This document shows, piece after piece, positions 38,356-50,833 of a DNA stretch of 64,000 bases. Positions within the stretch are counted from its first letter, which is position 1. Every line of letters begins with the position of its first letter. Source of the stretch: Mobula hypostoma (lineage: Eukaryota); contig NC_086097.1 of NCBI RefSeq assembly GCF_963921235.1, forward strand, positions 11,904,001 to 11,968,000. The letters are read 5' to 3'. The position numbers were made by a program, and so were the translations under genes. The notes below the pieces were generated by a model, which did no database searches, was not told the origin of the DNA, and was given only the letters and a program-made list of their open reading frames with translations.

Positions 38356-39279
38356 TCAGCCTTGCCAAATCCTACCCAGTTGGGTTAATTTATGTTAAAT
38401 TAAATTTATGTTAACTTATGTTTGTCCTTGACTTGCAATTTATTGTGCTGCTGCTGCATAAAGCTAATTTTCATGATGCGTATAATGCCAATGACAACAA
38501 TAAGCTTGAACTTAATTCTGCATTATCACCTCTTGCATGCTTGAAATAGCTCTTGTATTCAAAGCAAATTACTAAAGTTTATTTGTCCATATTTTCATTT
38601 CCTTTTCTTCTCAATGGCTCCTTTCAAAAGAAGATTTTAACTTTTTCAATAAATTATATTTGGATATTAAGTAGACAAATTACCTATTTTTACAAATTCC
38701 AGATCTCTATGTGCCCTGCAAATCTGACCCATGATTGGCCGAATGTGGTATGCAAAGGTGATTGGTGCAGATTAGAAATGTAGTCATGTGTTTCGCTTTC
38801 TAATCTCCACGAGCCCAAGACAATATCTACTCTGGTCTGTCAATACACTAATTTGTGAATACAGTTGAGAATCACTTAGCATCATGCTAGGACTTGCTGT
38901 CAATCAACATTATGGCAGTAGAAAATTGTAAGTCCTGTATTTCTATGGTGTCTTTTACATGCTCTGTTCCTCCTGAAATGCTTTAAATCCATTGAAGCAA
39001 ATTGAAAGTGTGACCACAGATACACTGTGAGAAACACAAAAAAACTAATTTGAGTACAGCAAGTTCTACAAATGGCTGAGTGCCAGCAACCAGACATCTG
39101 TTTGGTGAAGTTTATTGATGTGACCAGGACACCAGGCCAACTTTCTTGCTTTAAGCTGATACTGTGCCACCAGATCCTACTCAAGTGCTGACTGACCATC
39201 TAGTAATTTCCAGCTTTTTGTCTTATCTTTCACATACGCACCAGAAAGAAAGGTGCCAGTATGTAACATCACATCAGTT

Positions 39280-41349
39280 TAGAATAGAATAGAATAGAAA
39301 ACCTACAGCTCAATACAGGCCCTTTGGCCCACAAAGTTGTGCCGAACATGTCCCCACCTTAGAAATTACTAGGCTTACCTATAGCTCTCTATTTTTCTAA
39401 GCTCCATGTACCTATCCAAAAGTCTATTAAAAGACCATATCATATCTGCCTCCATCACCATTGCCGGCAGCCCAGTCCACACACTGACCACCCTCTGAGT
39501 AAAGAACTTACCCCTACCATCTCCTCTGTACCTACTCCCCAGCACCTTAAACCTGTGTCCTCCTGTGGCAACCATTTCAGCCCTGGGAAAAAGCCTCTGA
39601 CTATCCACACCATCAATGCCTCTCATCGTCTTATACACCTCTATCAGGTCACCTCTCATCCTCCGTCGCTCCAAGGAAAAAAGGCCGAGTTCACTCAACC
39701 TATTCTCATAAGGCATGATCTCCAATCCAGGCAACATCCTTGTAAATCTCCTCTGCACTCTTTCTATGGTTTCCACATCCTTCCTGTAGTGAGGTGACCA
39801 GAACTGAGCACAGTACTCCAAGTGGGGTTTGACCAGGGTCCTATATAGCTGTAACATTACCTCTTGGCTCCTAAATTCATTTCCACGATTGATGAAGGCC
39901 AATGCACCATATGCCTTCTTAACCACAGAGTCAACCTGCACAGCTGCTTTGAGCGTCCTGTGGACTCGGACCCCAAGATCCCTCTGATCCTCCACACTGC
40001 CAAAAGTGTTACCATTAATACTATATTCTGCCATCATATTTGACCTATCGAAATGAACAACTTCACACTTATCTGGGTTGAACTCCATCTGCCACTTCTC
40101 AGCCCAGTTTTGCATCCTATCAATGCTTCGCTGTAACCTCTGACAGCCCTCCACACTATTCACAACACCTCCAACCTTTGTGTCATCAGCAAACTTACTA
40201 ACCCCTCCCCCCACTTCCTCATCCAGGTCATTTATAAAAATCATGAAGAGTAAGGGTCCCAGAACAGATCCCTGAGGCACACCACTGGTCACCAACCTCC
40301 ATGCAGAATATGACCCGTCTACAACCGCTCCTTGCCTTCTGTGGGCAAGCCAGTTCTGGATCCACAAAGTGATGTCCCTTTGGATCCCATGCCTCCTTAC
40401 TTTCTCAATAAGCCTTGCATGGGGTACCTTATCAATTCCCTTGCTGAAATCCATATACACTACATCTACTGCTCTTCCTTCATCAATGTGTTTAGTCACA
40501 TCCTCAAAAAATTCAATCAGGCTCGTAAGGCATGACCTGCCCTTGACAAAGCCATGCTGACTATTCCTAATCATATTATACCTCTCCAAATGTTCATAAA
40601 TCCTGCTTCTCAGGATCTTCTCCATCAACTTACCAACCACTGAGGTAAGACTCACTGGTCTATAATTTCCTGGGCTATCTCTACTCCCTTCCTTGAATAA
40701 TGGAACAACATCCACAACCCTCCAATCCTCTGGAACCTCTCCCATCTCCATTGATGATGCAAAGATCATCGCCAGAGACTCAGCAATCTCTTCCCTCGCC
40801 TCCCACAGTAGCCTAGGGTGCATCTCATCCGGTCCCGACGACTTATCCAACTTGATGCTTTCCAAAAGCTCTAGCATATCCTCTTTCTTAATATCTAAAT
40901 GCTCAAGCTTTTCAGTCTGCTGCAAATCATCACTACAATCACCAAGATCCTTTTCCATAGTGAATACTGAAGTAAGTGGGCACGTGGCCAAGTGGTTAAG
41001 GCATTGGACTAATGATCTGAAGGTCGTGAGTTCGAGCCCCAGCTGAGGCAACTTGTTGTGTCCCTGAGCAAGGCACTTAACCACACATTGCTCTGCGACA
41101 ACACTGGTATCGGCCCTTGCCCTTCCCTTAGACAACATCGGTGTCGTGGAGAGGGGAGACTTGCAGCATGGGCAACTTGCTGGTCTTCCATACAACCTTG
41201 CCCAGGCCTGTGCCCTGGAGAGTGAAGGCTTTCCAGGTGCAGATCCATGCTCTCGCAAGTCTAACGGATGCCTTAAAACTGAAGTAAAGTATTCATTAAG
41301 TACCTCTGCTATTTCCTCCGGTTCCATACACACTTTCGCACTGTCACAT
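39280..41349 (-). mobile_element. 5'-truncated CR1 LINE (same family as 1-2439) with intact RT region
   Basis: (ATTCT)n tail at 39280-39298; ORF 39375-41369. Confidence 0.95.
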
Positions 41350-41369
41350 TTGAACATTACGTTCAACAT
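39375..41369 (-). CDS. 664-aa open frame: CR1 RT plus C-terminus, including 104 codons from a SINE insertion
   Basis: NYRPVSLTS, QHGF, VYMDFSK, GVPQGSVLGP, KFADDTK, RPHLEY-like, RGDLIEVYK; no stop codon; no evidence of expression. Confidence 0.75.
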   Translation of the reverse strand: MLNVMFKCDSAKVCMEPEEIAEVLNEYFTSVLRHPLDLREHGSAPGKPSLSRAQAWARLYGRPASCPCCKSPLSTTPMLSKGRARADTSVVAEQCVVKCLAQGHNKLPQLGLELTTFRSLVQCLNHLATCPLTSVFTMEKDLGDCSDDLQQTEKLEHLDIKKEDMLELLESIKLDKSSGPDEMHPRLLWEAREEIAESLAMIFASSMEMGEVPEDWRVVDVVPLFKEGSRDSPGNYRPVSLTSVVGKLMEKILRSRIYEHLERYNMIRNSQHGFVKGRSCLTSLIEFFEDVTKHIDEGRAVDVVYMDFSKGIDKVPHARLIEKVRRHGIQRDITLWIQNWLAHRRQGAVVDGSYSAWRLVTSGVPQGSVLGPLLFMIFINDLDEEVGGGVSKFADDTKVGGVVNSVEGCQRLQRSIDRMQNWAEKWQMEFNPDKCEVVHFDRSNMMAEYSINGNTFGSVEDQRDLGVRVHRTLKAAVQVDSVVKKAYGALAFINRGNEFRSQEVMLQLYRTLVKPHLEYCAQFWSPHYRKDVETIERVQRRFTRMLPGLEIMPYENRLSELGLFSLERRRMRGDLIEVYKTMRGIDGVDSQRLFPRAEMVATGGHRFKVLGSRYRGDGRGKFFTQRVVSVWTGLPAMVMEADMIWSFNRLLDRYMELRKIESYR
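40976..41277 (+). mobile_element. tRNA-derived SINE (CORE-like box) inserted in CR1 ORF2
   Basis: tggccaagtgg A box, gttcgagcccc B box; 10-bp TSD actgaagtaa at 40966-40975 and 41278-41287. Confidence 0.92.
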
Positions 41370-41481
41370 TACATTTCAGAGATAGCACCTCAGAGAATGT
41401 AGCATTCCCTTAGTACAGCACTGAAATATTGACCCGGGTTTCTTTGCTTAAGCCTCTGGAGCACGTTCAAACGGACAGCAA

Positions 41482-41868
41482 CAGAGGGAGATTTGATAGA
41501 GGTATACAAATTTATGAGGGGTATAGATAGGGTAAATAAAGTAGGCTTTTTCCACTGAGGTTGGGTGAAACTGCAACTAGAGGTCATGGGTTAAGGGTAA
41601 AATGTGAAATGCTTAAATGGAACATGAGGGGGATCTTTTTCACTCAGAAGGTCCTGAGAGTGTAGAATGAGCTGGCAGCATAAGCGGTGGATGCGATTTA
41701 GGTTTTAACGTTTAAGGTAAGTTTAGATAAGATATAGATGATAGGAGTATGGAGTGCTATGGTCCTGGTGCGGGTCGATAGGTCTAGGCTGTTTAAATGG
41801 CTCGGCATGGGCTGGATGGGCCGAAGTGCCTGTTTTGGTGCTGGCGTTGGATCTATGATTCCATGACT
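41482..41868 (+). mobile_element. CR1 3' end fragment
   Basis: agagggagatttgatagaggtatacaaatttatgagg (RGDLIEVYK) through ctatgattccatgact tail. Confidence 0.8.
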
Positions 41869-42905
41869 AACCTAACCTACAGGTGGGACGGATTGTAAGG
41901 AGGTGAGCCATGGCTTCATGTATTTTTCTTCCAATTCAATTAACACTAATGTTTTTAATAGTTAAGTTTTGTGTATAAAAACAATGTGTAAATATGTAAA
42001 ACCGAGCATGGAGGAAGTACAATTTTGCTTGTTGTTTGACCTTAAATTTGAACTTCACTGAGACTGGTTTTCAGACAATTGGTAGATGAAGAGTTAATTC
42101 CATGAGGGGAGAGACTGACTAAGAGGGTGTACCATTGAGAAACAATGGGAGCCACTGTGGGTGGTAATAAACTGATTCCTCTTTGTTATCTCAAGTGTAA
42201 AATCTCCTCAGCTGCCAGTGGTTAATGAAGGGAGCCAGTGGCTCTAACTGCTATCAGGCCAATTTATTTATTTGCTCCCAGAATAGCTTTAGAGTTGAAA
42301 CATCTGCAAATCCCTCTTCTCCATGGCATTTTTGATTATCAAATAACACTGAGGGATGACGTTCGCTTGCTTCATCCAGACCCCTGTGGGACAAGACTGC
42401 TGTGTGTTTGTCCTTATGTACAGGTACAAGATTTTCCTGCGGCATTGCTCTGAAAAAGTTGAAGCTTAACTATAAATTCCTTTGTGATTATTCCACCACC
42501 ATGCAACTGCAGAACAACTCTGATGGCTCGTGGGATCTCATGGCGATCCTGTTATATGCTGGTAGACCAGATTTTAAGCTATTGCACACAGAAGAGGGTG
42601 TTGGCTGCCAGAACACATATTTTTACATGCCCTCAAGTAAAATTCAGTTTATTCTTTCACTCTTTTGTGATAGGACCAAGCTGGTTTTGATGACGGCACA
42701 TTCAGTGTATATTTGACACCTTCGTTTCCATTTGACCTTCTTCCAGCTGACTTTTATCAAAGAGCAGCATTCATAAATGATTTTCAGGGAGAAGGTAGGA
42801 GAATGTACATGAGAGGGATAATAAATGAGCTATGATGGAACGACAGAGGAGATTCAATTCTGCTCCTGTGCCTTATGATCAATAAGCAGGTTGTCCCTTA
42901 GTTCA

Positions 42906-43415
42906 TCAAAGTTGCTGGTGAACGCAGCAGGCCAGGCAGCATCTCTAGGAAGAGGTACAGTCGACGTTTCAGGCCAAGACCCTTCGTCAGGACTAACTAA
43001 AGGAAGAGCTAGTAAGAGATTTGCTGTGATAGCGAGTCTGAGTCAAAAAGTGGTCGAAAAGTTGAAGAGCCAAAGAAATTACAGATGGGGAGCAGTGAGA
43101 GATGGTTTCACTGAACTCCCGTCGAAGAGAAGATTTAAACTTCTTCAGTGTAGGCCTTCTATATATTGGTGAGACCCAACGCAGACTGGGAGATGGTTTT
43201 GCTGAACACCTACACTCTGTCCGCCAGAGAAAGCAGGATCTCCCAGTGGCCACACATTTTAATTCCACATCCCATTCCCATTCTGATATACCTATCCACG
43301 GCCTGAAAAGTTGACTGTACCTCTTCCTAGAGATGCTGCCTGGCCTGCTGCGTTCACCAGTAACTTTGATGTGTGTTGCTTGAATTTCCAGCATCTGCAG
43401 AATTCCTCGTGTTTA
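42906..43415. mobile_element. Rearranged Penelope insertion with inverted ends
   Basis: Antisense pLTR 42906-43022, unrelated antisense segment ~43023-43155, sense GIY-YIG piece 43150-43300, sense pLTR end; 14-bp TSD tgtcccttagttca at 42892-42905 and 43416-43429. Confidence 0.88.
42958..42995 (-). ncRNA. Minimal hammerhead ribozyme motif, intact core
   Basis: Minus strand agtc-CTGACGA-agggtcttggcct-GAAAC-GTC-gactg. Confidence 0.78.
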
Positions 43416-44373
43416 TGTCCCTTAGTTCACTTTGGTTAATATTGCTAAGAAGTCTTAGGGTCCAATTGTATCATCACTTAAGTGGTATCATAGTGAGGTT
43501 CAACTTCCCACCAGGTTCCTCTGGTCCACAGGATAGAGCCAACTTTGTGGATGCTGAAAGACAATTATTAAGAATAATTCTGAAACCATGCTTGTTGTTT
43601 GCTTAGTACATAGTACTTTCGTACATCTTTCAAATTCGTACTACCAAAGTTTGGTGGGCTGCGCCTAGGACAACATTAATTTATTGAAGCAGAACTTTGT
43701 GCTAGCTTCTTACGAGATCCTGGAGCCCCCAAAAAATGTCGACTTAAAGCCACTGAAGGTCAGCTGATATTGTTTGTTTTAAACACCCCTTCTCCCTCTC
43801 CCATTGTTAACAAGACAAATCCTGTTAATTTGTTTAAACGGAGTCCAAAGGTTTAGGTTTCACCTCAGAACTCTAAGGGCAAAGGGTGATTCTATTTTCT
43901 GCATGTGTTCTCATGTAGAGAGCAAGCCAGCACATTACAGAGATGAGGTCCATGAAATTACATCTACAAAAATAAATGTATGGAACATTACACATAGTAC
44001 CTGCAGAATCTTGCCTCTCAACCCTATTCTCCTGCCTTGTCCCCATAACCTTTGACACCATTATTAATCAAGAACCTATCAACTTTGGCTTTAAATATAC
44101 CAATGGGCACCATGGTAGAACAACGGTTAGCGTGATGTTATTTCAGCTTGGGTTGTTCTGGAATTTGGAGTTCAAACCTGGTGCAGTTTGTAAGGAAATT
44201 GTACGTTCTCCGTGTTACAGTGTGTTTCCTCCAGGTGCTCTGGTTTCCTCCCACAGTCCACACCAGTTAGCAGGCGAATCAGTCATTGTAAATTGACCTT
44301 TGATTAGGCTGGGGTTAAATAGGAAGGTTGCTGGCCAGTGAGGCTTGTTGGGCTGGAATGTCCTGTTAAGCAC

Positions 44374-44649
44374 TGTGTGTGTGTGTGTGTGTGTGTGTGT
44401 CCTGGTGGAGTCATTGGGGCAACATCACGACAAGCTTTTTTATTTGGTATGCTCATCCTACGGTGTGTCTTGGGCATCTGAAACCTGGCAGAGCCCATCC
44501 CTCTCCAGGTTTTTTTTTTACGAGGTCGAGTTGTTAACTCGACACTCAACCCAGGCACGGATGGAAAGCGTGCAAGGGAGCTGGCCGGATTCGAACTCGA
44601 GACCTCTCGCCCCGAAGTCCAGTGCTGATGCCACTACACCACTAGCCGG
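44374..44649 (-). mobile_element. tRNA-derived SINE with (CA)n tail, inserted in the tail of a V-SINE
   Basis: Minus strand tggtgtagtgg A box, gttcgaatcc B box, hairpin gtcgagttaacaactcgac; (GT)n at 44374-44400; flanks rejoin as gcactgt|atctctaaac. Confidence 0.8.
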
Positions 44650-44984
44650 ATCTCTAAACAAATAAATAACTGAGTTTGAACCATAGACTCCTGTCTATTA
44701 GGAGTGGATATGAATAAGATGTTACTACTTTGGGTTTTTTAGAGCTTAATGATAACATGAAGGTGTAAAGTTAAGGCTATGTGTATGAAGAAGGATCTGT
44801 GAATCACTGGCAACACAGTATGTGGCTGGTGCTATAAACCAAGTGAATCATTTGGTTTCTTGTACTCTAAATAAACTGCACTGAAAATGAAGTGTGAACA
44901 GAGGCAGGCCGTAGCTATCAGAGACCTGGAATGCTCAGATACCAACAGCAATGATTGTACCAATGTATACTTTTTTAACTGAAC

Positions 44985-45780
44985 TAGGCTATAATGCTGC
45001 TGTAATGCAAGGATGTAACGCTGAGGCTTTATAAAGCATTGGTCAGACTATACTTGGAGTGTTGTGAACAGTTCTGTATTTATTTATTGAGATGCAGCAT
45101 GGAATTGGCCCATCTGGCCCTTTGAGCCATGCTGCCCAGCAATCCCCCGATTTAATCCTAGCCTAATCACAGAACAATTTACAATGAGCAATTAACCTAC
45201 CAACAGTACATCTTTGGACTGTGGGAGGAAACCAGAGCACTCAGAGGAAACGCAAGCAGTCACGGGAAGAATGTACAAACTCTTTACGGGCAGTGGCAGT
45301 TTTGGGCCCCTTATCTAAGAAAACATGTGCTGGCATTGCAGAGGGCCCAGAGGAGGTTCATGAGAATGATTCCGGGAGTGAAAGGGTTAATGTACGAGGA
45401 GCGTTTCTTGGCTCTGTTCCCATACTCGCTGGAGTTTAGAAGAATGAGGGGGATCTCACTGAAAGGCCTGAATAGAGTGGATGTGAAGGGGATGTTTCTG
45501 ATAGTGGGAGAAATCTAGGACCAGAGGGCACAGCCTCAGGATAGAGAGACGTCCATTTAGAACAGAGATGAGGAGAAATTTCTTTAGCCAGAGAGTAATG
45601 AATTTGTGAAACTCATTTCCATGGATGGCTAGAAAGGTCATTGGGTATAATTAAAGCAGAGTTTATCACGTTCTTGATTAGTCAGGGTGTCAAAGGTCAT
45701 GAAGAGTAGAGGGAGAATGGGGTTAAATCGGCCGTGATGGAAAGGGCCAGCAGATTCAGTGGGCTGAATAGCCTCATTCT
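44985..45780 (+). mobile_element. CR1 3' fragment interrupted by a V-SINE
   Basis: LALQRAQRRFMRMIPG..YSLEFRRMRG. Confidence 0.8.
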
Positions 45781-46830
45781 GGGCATAAAAGAGTTGCAGA
45801 TCAGTAATTCAGAGGATGAACGGTAATGGTGTGGGTCCTGTTGCTCCTGTACCTTCTTCCTGATGACAGCAGTGAGAAGACAGCATGACCTGGGTGGTGG
45901 GGCTCCATCAATGCTGTCTTCCTGCGACAGCACTCGCCGTAGATATGCCTAATGGCTTCAGACAGATTTAAGGTCATATTAACAATATCAGCTTTGTATT
46001 CCCAAACCTTTAAAGCTAATTGATAATCATCAACCTGATGAGAAGCCACTGTGGAGTAATGATTAGTGCGATACTATTACAGCTCAGGGAATTCCGGAGT
46101 TCAGAGTGCAAGTTCCAGCACTGTTCCGCATGGAGTCTCTGTACCTCCTTCCTGTGGAATGCATGGATATTTCCCAGATGCTGTAGTTCCCTCCTGCAGT
46201 CCAAAGACATACCAGGAAGGTTAATTGGTCATTGTAATTTGTCTGGTCTTTAGGTTAGGGTTAATTTGGTTGTGGGGCTGTTGGGGCAGTGTGACTTGAA
46301 GGGTTGAAAAGGTCTACTCCATGCCGTATCATGAAAGAAATACTAACAAAATAAAAGGAAGGGGACAACTCACATCCTCTGAATTGTTGCTTTTTTTTTG
46401 CTTATTCATTTATTCTCTTTTGTATTCGTACAATTTGTTGTCTTTTCTGCATTGGTTGTTTGTTCGTCCTGTTGGGTGTGGTCTATAATTGATTTTATTG
46501 TGTTGCTTGGATTTACTGTGAATGCCCACAAGAAAATGAATCTCAGGGTTGTATATGGTGACAAATGTACTTTGATAATAAATATACTTGGAAAGCTTTC
46601 TGTATTGTCCTATTACATTCCTGCACATGAATAGCACTGTTACCACTCAGTGGCACTCTGGGGTGGTATAGTAACTACTAAAATAATTGAGGGACGTCCT
46701 CCCCCAACCCATACCCTCCCTCTCCAGTAGGAGACAAATAAATAAATAAGCAATAAATATCGAGAACGTGAGATGAAGGAGACCTTGGAAGTGAGTCCAT
46801 CGATTGTAGGAGCAGTTCAGTGACGGAGTG

Positions 46831-47461
46831 ATTAGATTAGATTAGATTATGAGGACACACAGTCCTCTTTTATTGTCATTTAGTAATGCATGCATTAAGA
46901 AATGATACAATATTCCTCCGGTGTGATATCACAAAACACAGGACAGACCAAGACTGAAAAACTGACAAAAAACACATAATTATAACATCTAGTTACAACA
47001 GCGCAAGCAATACCATAACTTGACGAAGAATAGGCCATGGGCACGGTAAAAAAAGTTCAAAGTCTCTCAAAAGTCCCACATCTCATGCAGGCAGGAGAAG
47101 GAAGAAAAACTCTCCCTGCCATGCCCGACCACAGTTCGAATCTGAGTTGTCCGAAAACTTTGAGCCTCCGACCAGCCCTCTGACACCGAGCACAGTCTCT
47201 GCCGAGCACTTTGACCCCAGCCCCGGCCGCCAGCAGCAGGCAAAGCCAAGGATTTTGAGGCCTTCCCCTCCGGAGATTCTCGATCGCACAGTAGCAGCGG
47301 CAGCGAACCGGGCATTTCAGAAGTTTCTCTAGATGTTCCTCTGTGCTTCTCACACCTGTCTCCATCAAATCAGAATTGTGCACAGCATCCTACTTACAAA
47401 TAGGATATCATTTCACCGGAGAGCTGCACGCGCTGTATCGCGCCGCCATCTTCTCCTCCCT
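46831..47461 (-). mobile_element. ~630-bp non-autonomous retroelement, full copy 3
   Basis: (attag)n tail at 46831-46850; 5' end gggaggagaagatggcggcg on the minus strand. Confidence 0.88.
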
Positions 47462-48193
47462 CCTTGTGAGTGAGGTTGTGTGCAGTTATCCCCTCTGTTT
47501 CAACAGCCTGATGGTTGAGAGTTAATGACTGATCCTGAACATAATGGCTGGCTCCTGAGGCTCCTGTAACTTCTTCCTCATGGCAGCAGTGTGAAGAGAG
47601 ATCTTCAATTCACTATTGGAAGGAATGATGCAATAAAATCTTCCAAAAGAAATAGGAAAGGCCCTGAGAGGCAATAATTTTCAGGGCAAGGGGCAAAAAA
47701 CAGAGAAATAGAACTTGTAGCATTGCTCTTTCAAACACCAGCATCGGATTCTTGGGTTGAATAGCCTTTCTTCTGTGATTCTTAAGAATAACCTTTCCTC
47801 TAGAATCTTAAGATTCTATTGTCTAGAAACTGGATCGATTTGCACCCATGTTTTATGCATAAAATACGGTACGTGTAAAAGACATTTTACTTGGGTTAAG
47901 TCGCAGTAGTGCTATTTTTTCTGTTGATATTTTCAGTCAAGATCCAGGCTACTGCAAATAATGACTTAGACATACAGTATATCTCAAACTGCCCTTCTGA
48001 ATCCTGCAGCAACTTGTATAACTAGTGATAAAAATTAGATTTCAAAGGCGCAGCACATGACGTGGGTTTAACAATAAGGGACAGATCTTGCTGCAAGCCA
48101 CAGGGACGTGATTATAAAGGTTCCCACCAGAGCATCAATGTTTCCTCCTGCAGTTACTGATAAGTTTATTTTTGTGCCCCACCTATGTCCAAA

Positions 48194-48732
48194 GGTTCAT
48201 TAAGGCTGTTATAGCTGGGTGAGGGAATGAGGATAAGATCCCGCTGCATATTAAATACTCCCATTACCACACATCACAAATAGCCGCCGACAACCAAGTC
48301 CAGATCCTGGCATTCACGTGTGTCTTAGCTACTAAGCCCAGTGGAATCGTTTCTACTTACAGACGAAGGGGCAAACGTGAGTTACTGGCGCCTTAAACCC
48401 AGTCACTTCGGGCAGGTGGGACTTGTCAGCTGTGGTTGACTGCTTATCTAGGAGAAGGAGAACTCTGACCACAAACCTCCGCGGCTTTGCGGCTACACCC
48501 ACTTATGGGGAAGGCTTCAGGAGTAAATCCCAAGGGGAAAAATCCAGAACTAGAGTCCCTAAGGCATTCCTACGTTGAGTTCAACGCTGACTGACAATTC
48601 CTGCAACGCTGCTGGTGCCAACTGGTTTGGTGTCTGCCATTCCTTTGGATTCATCAGCCGTGTGGCGAGGGGGAGCCTGCTGCATGGGCAACAGCTTGCT
48701 CTCCATATCGTCTGACCAACGGAGGGCCTCAA
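48194..48732 (+). mobile_element. RTE-related non-autonomous repeat, copy A
   Basis: Similar to 48955-49399 (-) and 58527-59119 (+); ctaggagaaggagaactctga motif like RTE 5' UTRs. Confidence 0.65.
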
Positions 48733-48954
48733 TTATGTCCAAAGCATTATTAACAAATATTGTACTGTCTCTGACTTCCACACCTCCATTCAAGCTGCTG
48801 CAATAACTGGCCTATTTCTGGAGCTATATCTCACATTCAGACTATGTTCTGGGGGTTATCTGGACACACTTGAAAATCTTCTTTTCCAATTCCACTCTCC
48901 TCCATTCTCCCTTACCTTGCTGTTGTCCATGTAATAAGCTCCCCAACTCTATAC

Positions 48955-49399
48955 GTCTGATGAACCCAAAGGAACGGCAGAGGCCGCTACCGTTTGGCAC
49001 CAGCAGCATCGCAAGACTTGAACTCAACGTAGGGCTACCTTAGGGACTCCAGCTCCGTATTTTTCCCTCGGATTTACTCCCGAAGCCTTCCCCATGTGTG
49101 GGTATAGCCTCAAGGCAGCGGAGGTTTGAGATCAGAGTTTCCCTTCGCCTAGATGAACTGCTGACCCTGGCTCCCATCTGCCTGAAGCGACTGGCTTTAA
49201 GGTGCTAGTAACCTCCCTTTGCCCCTTCTCCTGTCAGTAGAAATGGTAAAGGTGGGCCTAGTAGTTGAGCTACACGTGAAGGCCGGGACCTGGTCTTGTT
49301 TGTCAGAGGCTATTTGAGGTGCATGCTGTTGGGAGCATTTAATGGGTAGTGGAAGCTTGTCCCTATTACCACCCCTGGCTATAACAACCTTAAGGAACC
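48955..49399 (-). mobile_element. RTE-related non-autonomous repeat, copy B (inverted to copy A)
   Basis: Reverse complement of 48194-48655; starts ggttccttaaggttgttatag. Confidence 0.65.
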
Positions 49400-50373
49400 C
49401 TTACCTTTAAGGCACCCTATTATGCTACCCTACCTCATCTGCATCGGAACGTTCAGTGTGGCAATGACAAAACTCGCTTTCTCTGAAATGTGGAAGGAAT
49501 AGCTTTCTGTTTGATTGAGACTCAAAGCCACATCCAAATATTTTTACTGTGCTTTTTCCCCTCTTTTGTGGGTCACATAAGCATGCATCAACCCTTCATT
49601 CAGCGCTTACTTAAGGCACCAATCAAAATCTGAACTTCAGTTACTAGGCAAATGATTCTAATTTGTGTTCCACTATTTTCTTTAAAAAGAACTCTTTACG
49701 AGCCTATAATTACTTAAAATAAATAGACTTAGATTGGCACAGAAATATAGAAGCTGCTGCAAGGTTTGAGGGCTGCTAATAATTTACAGCGCAAAGAGGT
49801 TGCGATGTCTAAACAGGAATTTGTTCAGCTGTATCAATTAACAAGGCAGCTTCTGCAGCTTACTTTTAAGACCAGCAGAGGGCAGAGCGGAGCAGAAGAT
49901 GCTGGAGTCTTTTTAAGTGGGAATTTGTTATATGCTAATAGTACATCTGAATTTAACAATAAATTTCTTTCAAGCAACCACTTCCCTGATAGTGTCTCAT
50001 TGTTGGTATTTTACAGCCACTCATTTTACAAGTAGTATATATTTTTTTTAAATAAATGATTTCACCTTTACGCGCTCAGTTGCTGATCAACAGGGAATCT
50101 GCTCAGGAGTAATAAACGTTAATATTGATTGGACATAAAAACAAGAGGGCTGTTGTCGGCTTGATGGTTTAGTGTGGCATAAATTGAACTCTAATGCACA
50201 AGATGATAATTCTCACTTCTATTTTTAATGACTTACTTTTCTGTGTAGGTGTAAAGGAATGAAGTATTTTTTTATATTTTGTCCCCAATTCGCTTCAGCC
50301 AAGCAAGTGTTGTATAAACCGAATGCAATGCACAGCTTCCTGTTACTTCATCAGTTTCTAAATGCTTCACTCA

Positions 50374-50374
<1 letters not shown>

Positions 50375-50412
<38 letters not shown>
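50375..50412. repeat. (CA)n microsatellite
   Basis: Perfect dinucleotide run. Confidence 0.97.
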
Positions 50413-50414
<2 letters not shown>

Positions 50415-50833
50415 TCACAAATTCTATGATCTATGTGAGTGAGATAACTGAAACATTTTGAACTGAGAACATTTTTATGCTGTAGATTTTTGGCACTTGG
50501 GATTTTCACTGCAGTTCTTCAAACTTCATTCACTTCGAGTCGTCAGCAGCCATTTCGAAAATGGGGGCTATTAGGCATGCAAACACGAAATAGGTAGTGT
50601 TCACACAACCTCAGCCATAACTACAGTTACACCCAATCCCAGACATCTTTTTTTTAGTTTCCAGTGTTTCTATTTAAAGAGAAAATGTGTTTAAGTTGAG
50701 AGGGGGTAATTTCAAAGGAGATGTGAGGGAGAGGTTTTTTTTACACAGAGAGCGGTGGGTACCTGGAATGTACTGCCCAGGGTAGTGGTAGAGGCAGAAA
50801 CATCAGGGACTCTTAAGAAACGTTTAGATAAGC

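Noticed and set aside
40976..41050. tRNA gene-like A/B boxes (also ~10640-10710, 33946, 44580-44649, 53870-53936)
   Set aside because: These are SINE heads that continue into SINE bodies, several with TSDs; no complete cloverleaf
42402..42716. 104-aa ORF in unique sequence with a possible acceptor at 42423
   Set aside because: No recognisable domain and no convincing donor site
49766..50035. 89-aa ORF in unique sequence
   Set aside because: Non-ATG start, no homology I can recognise, no clear splice sites
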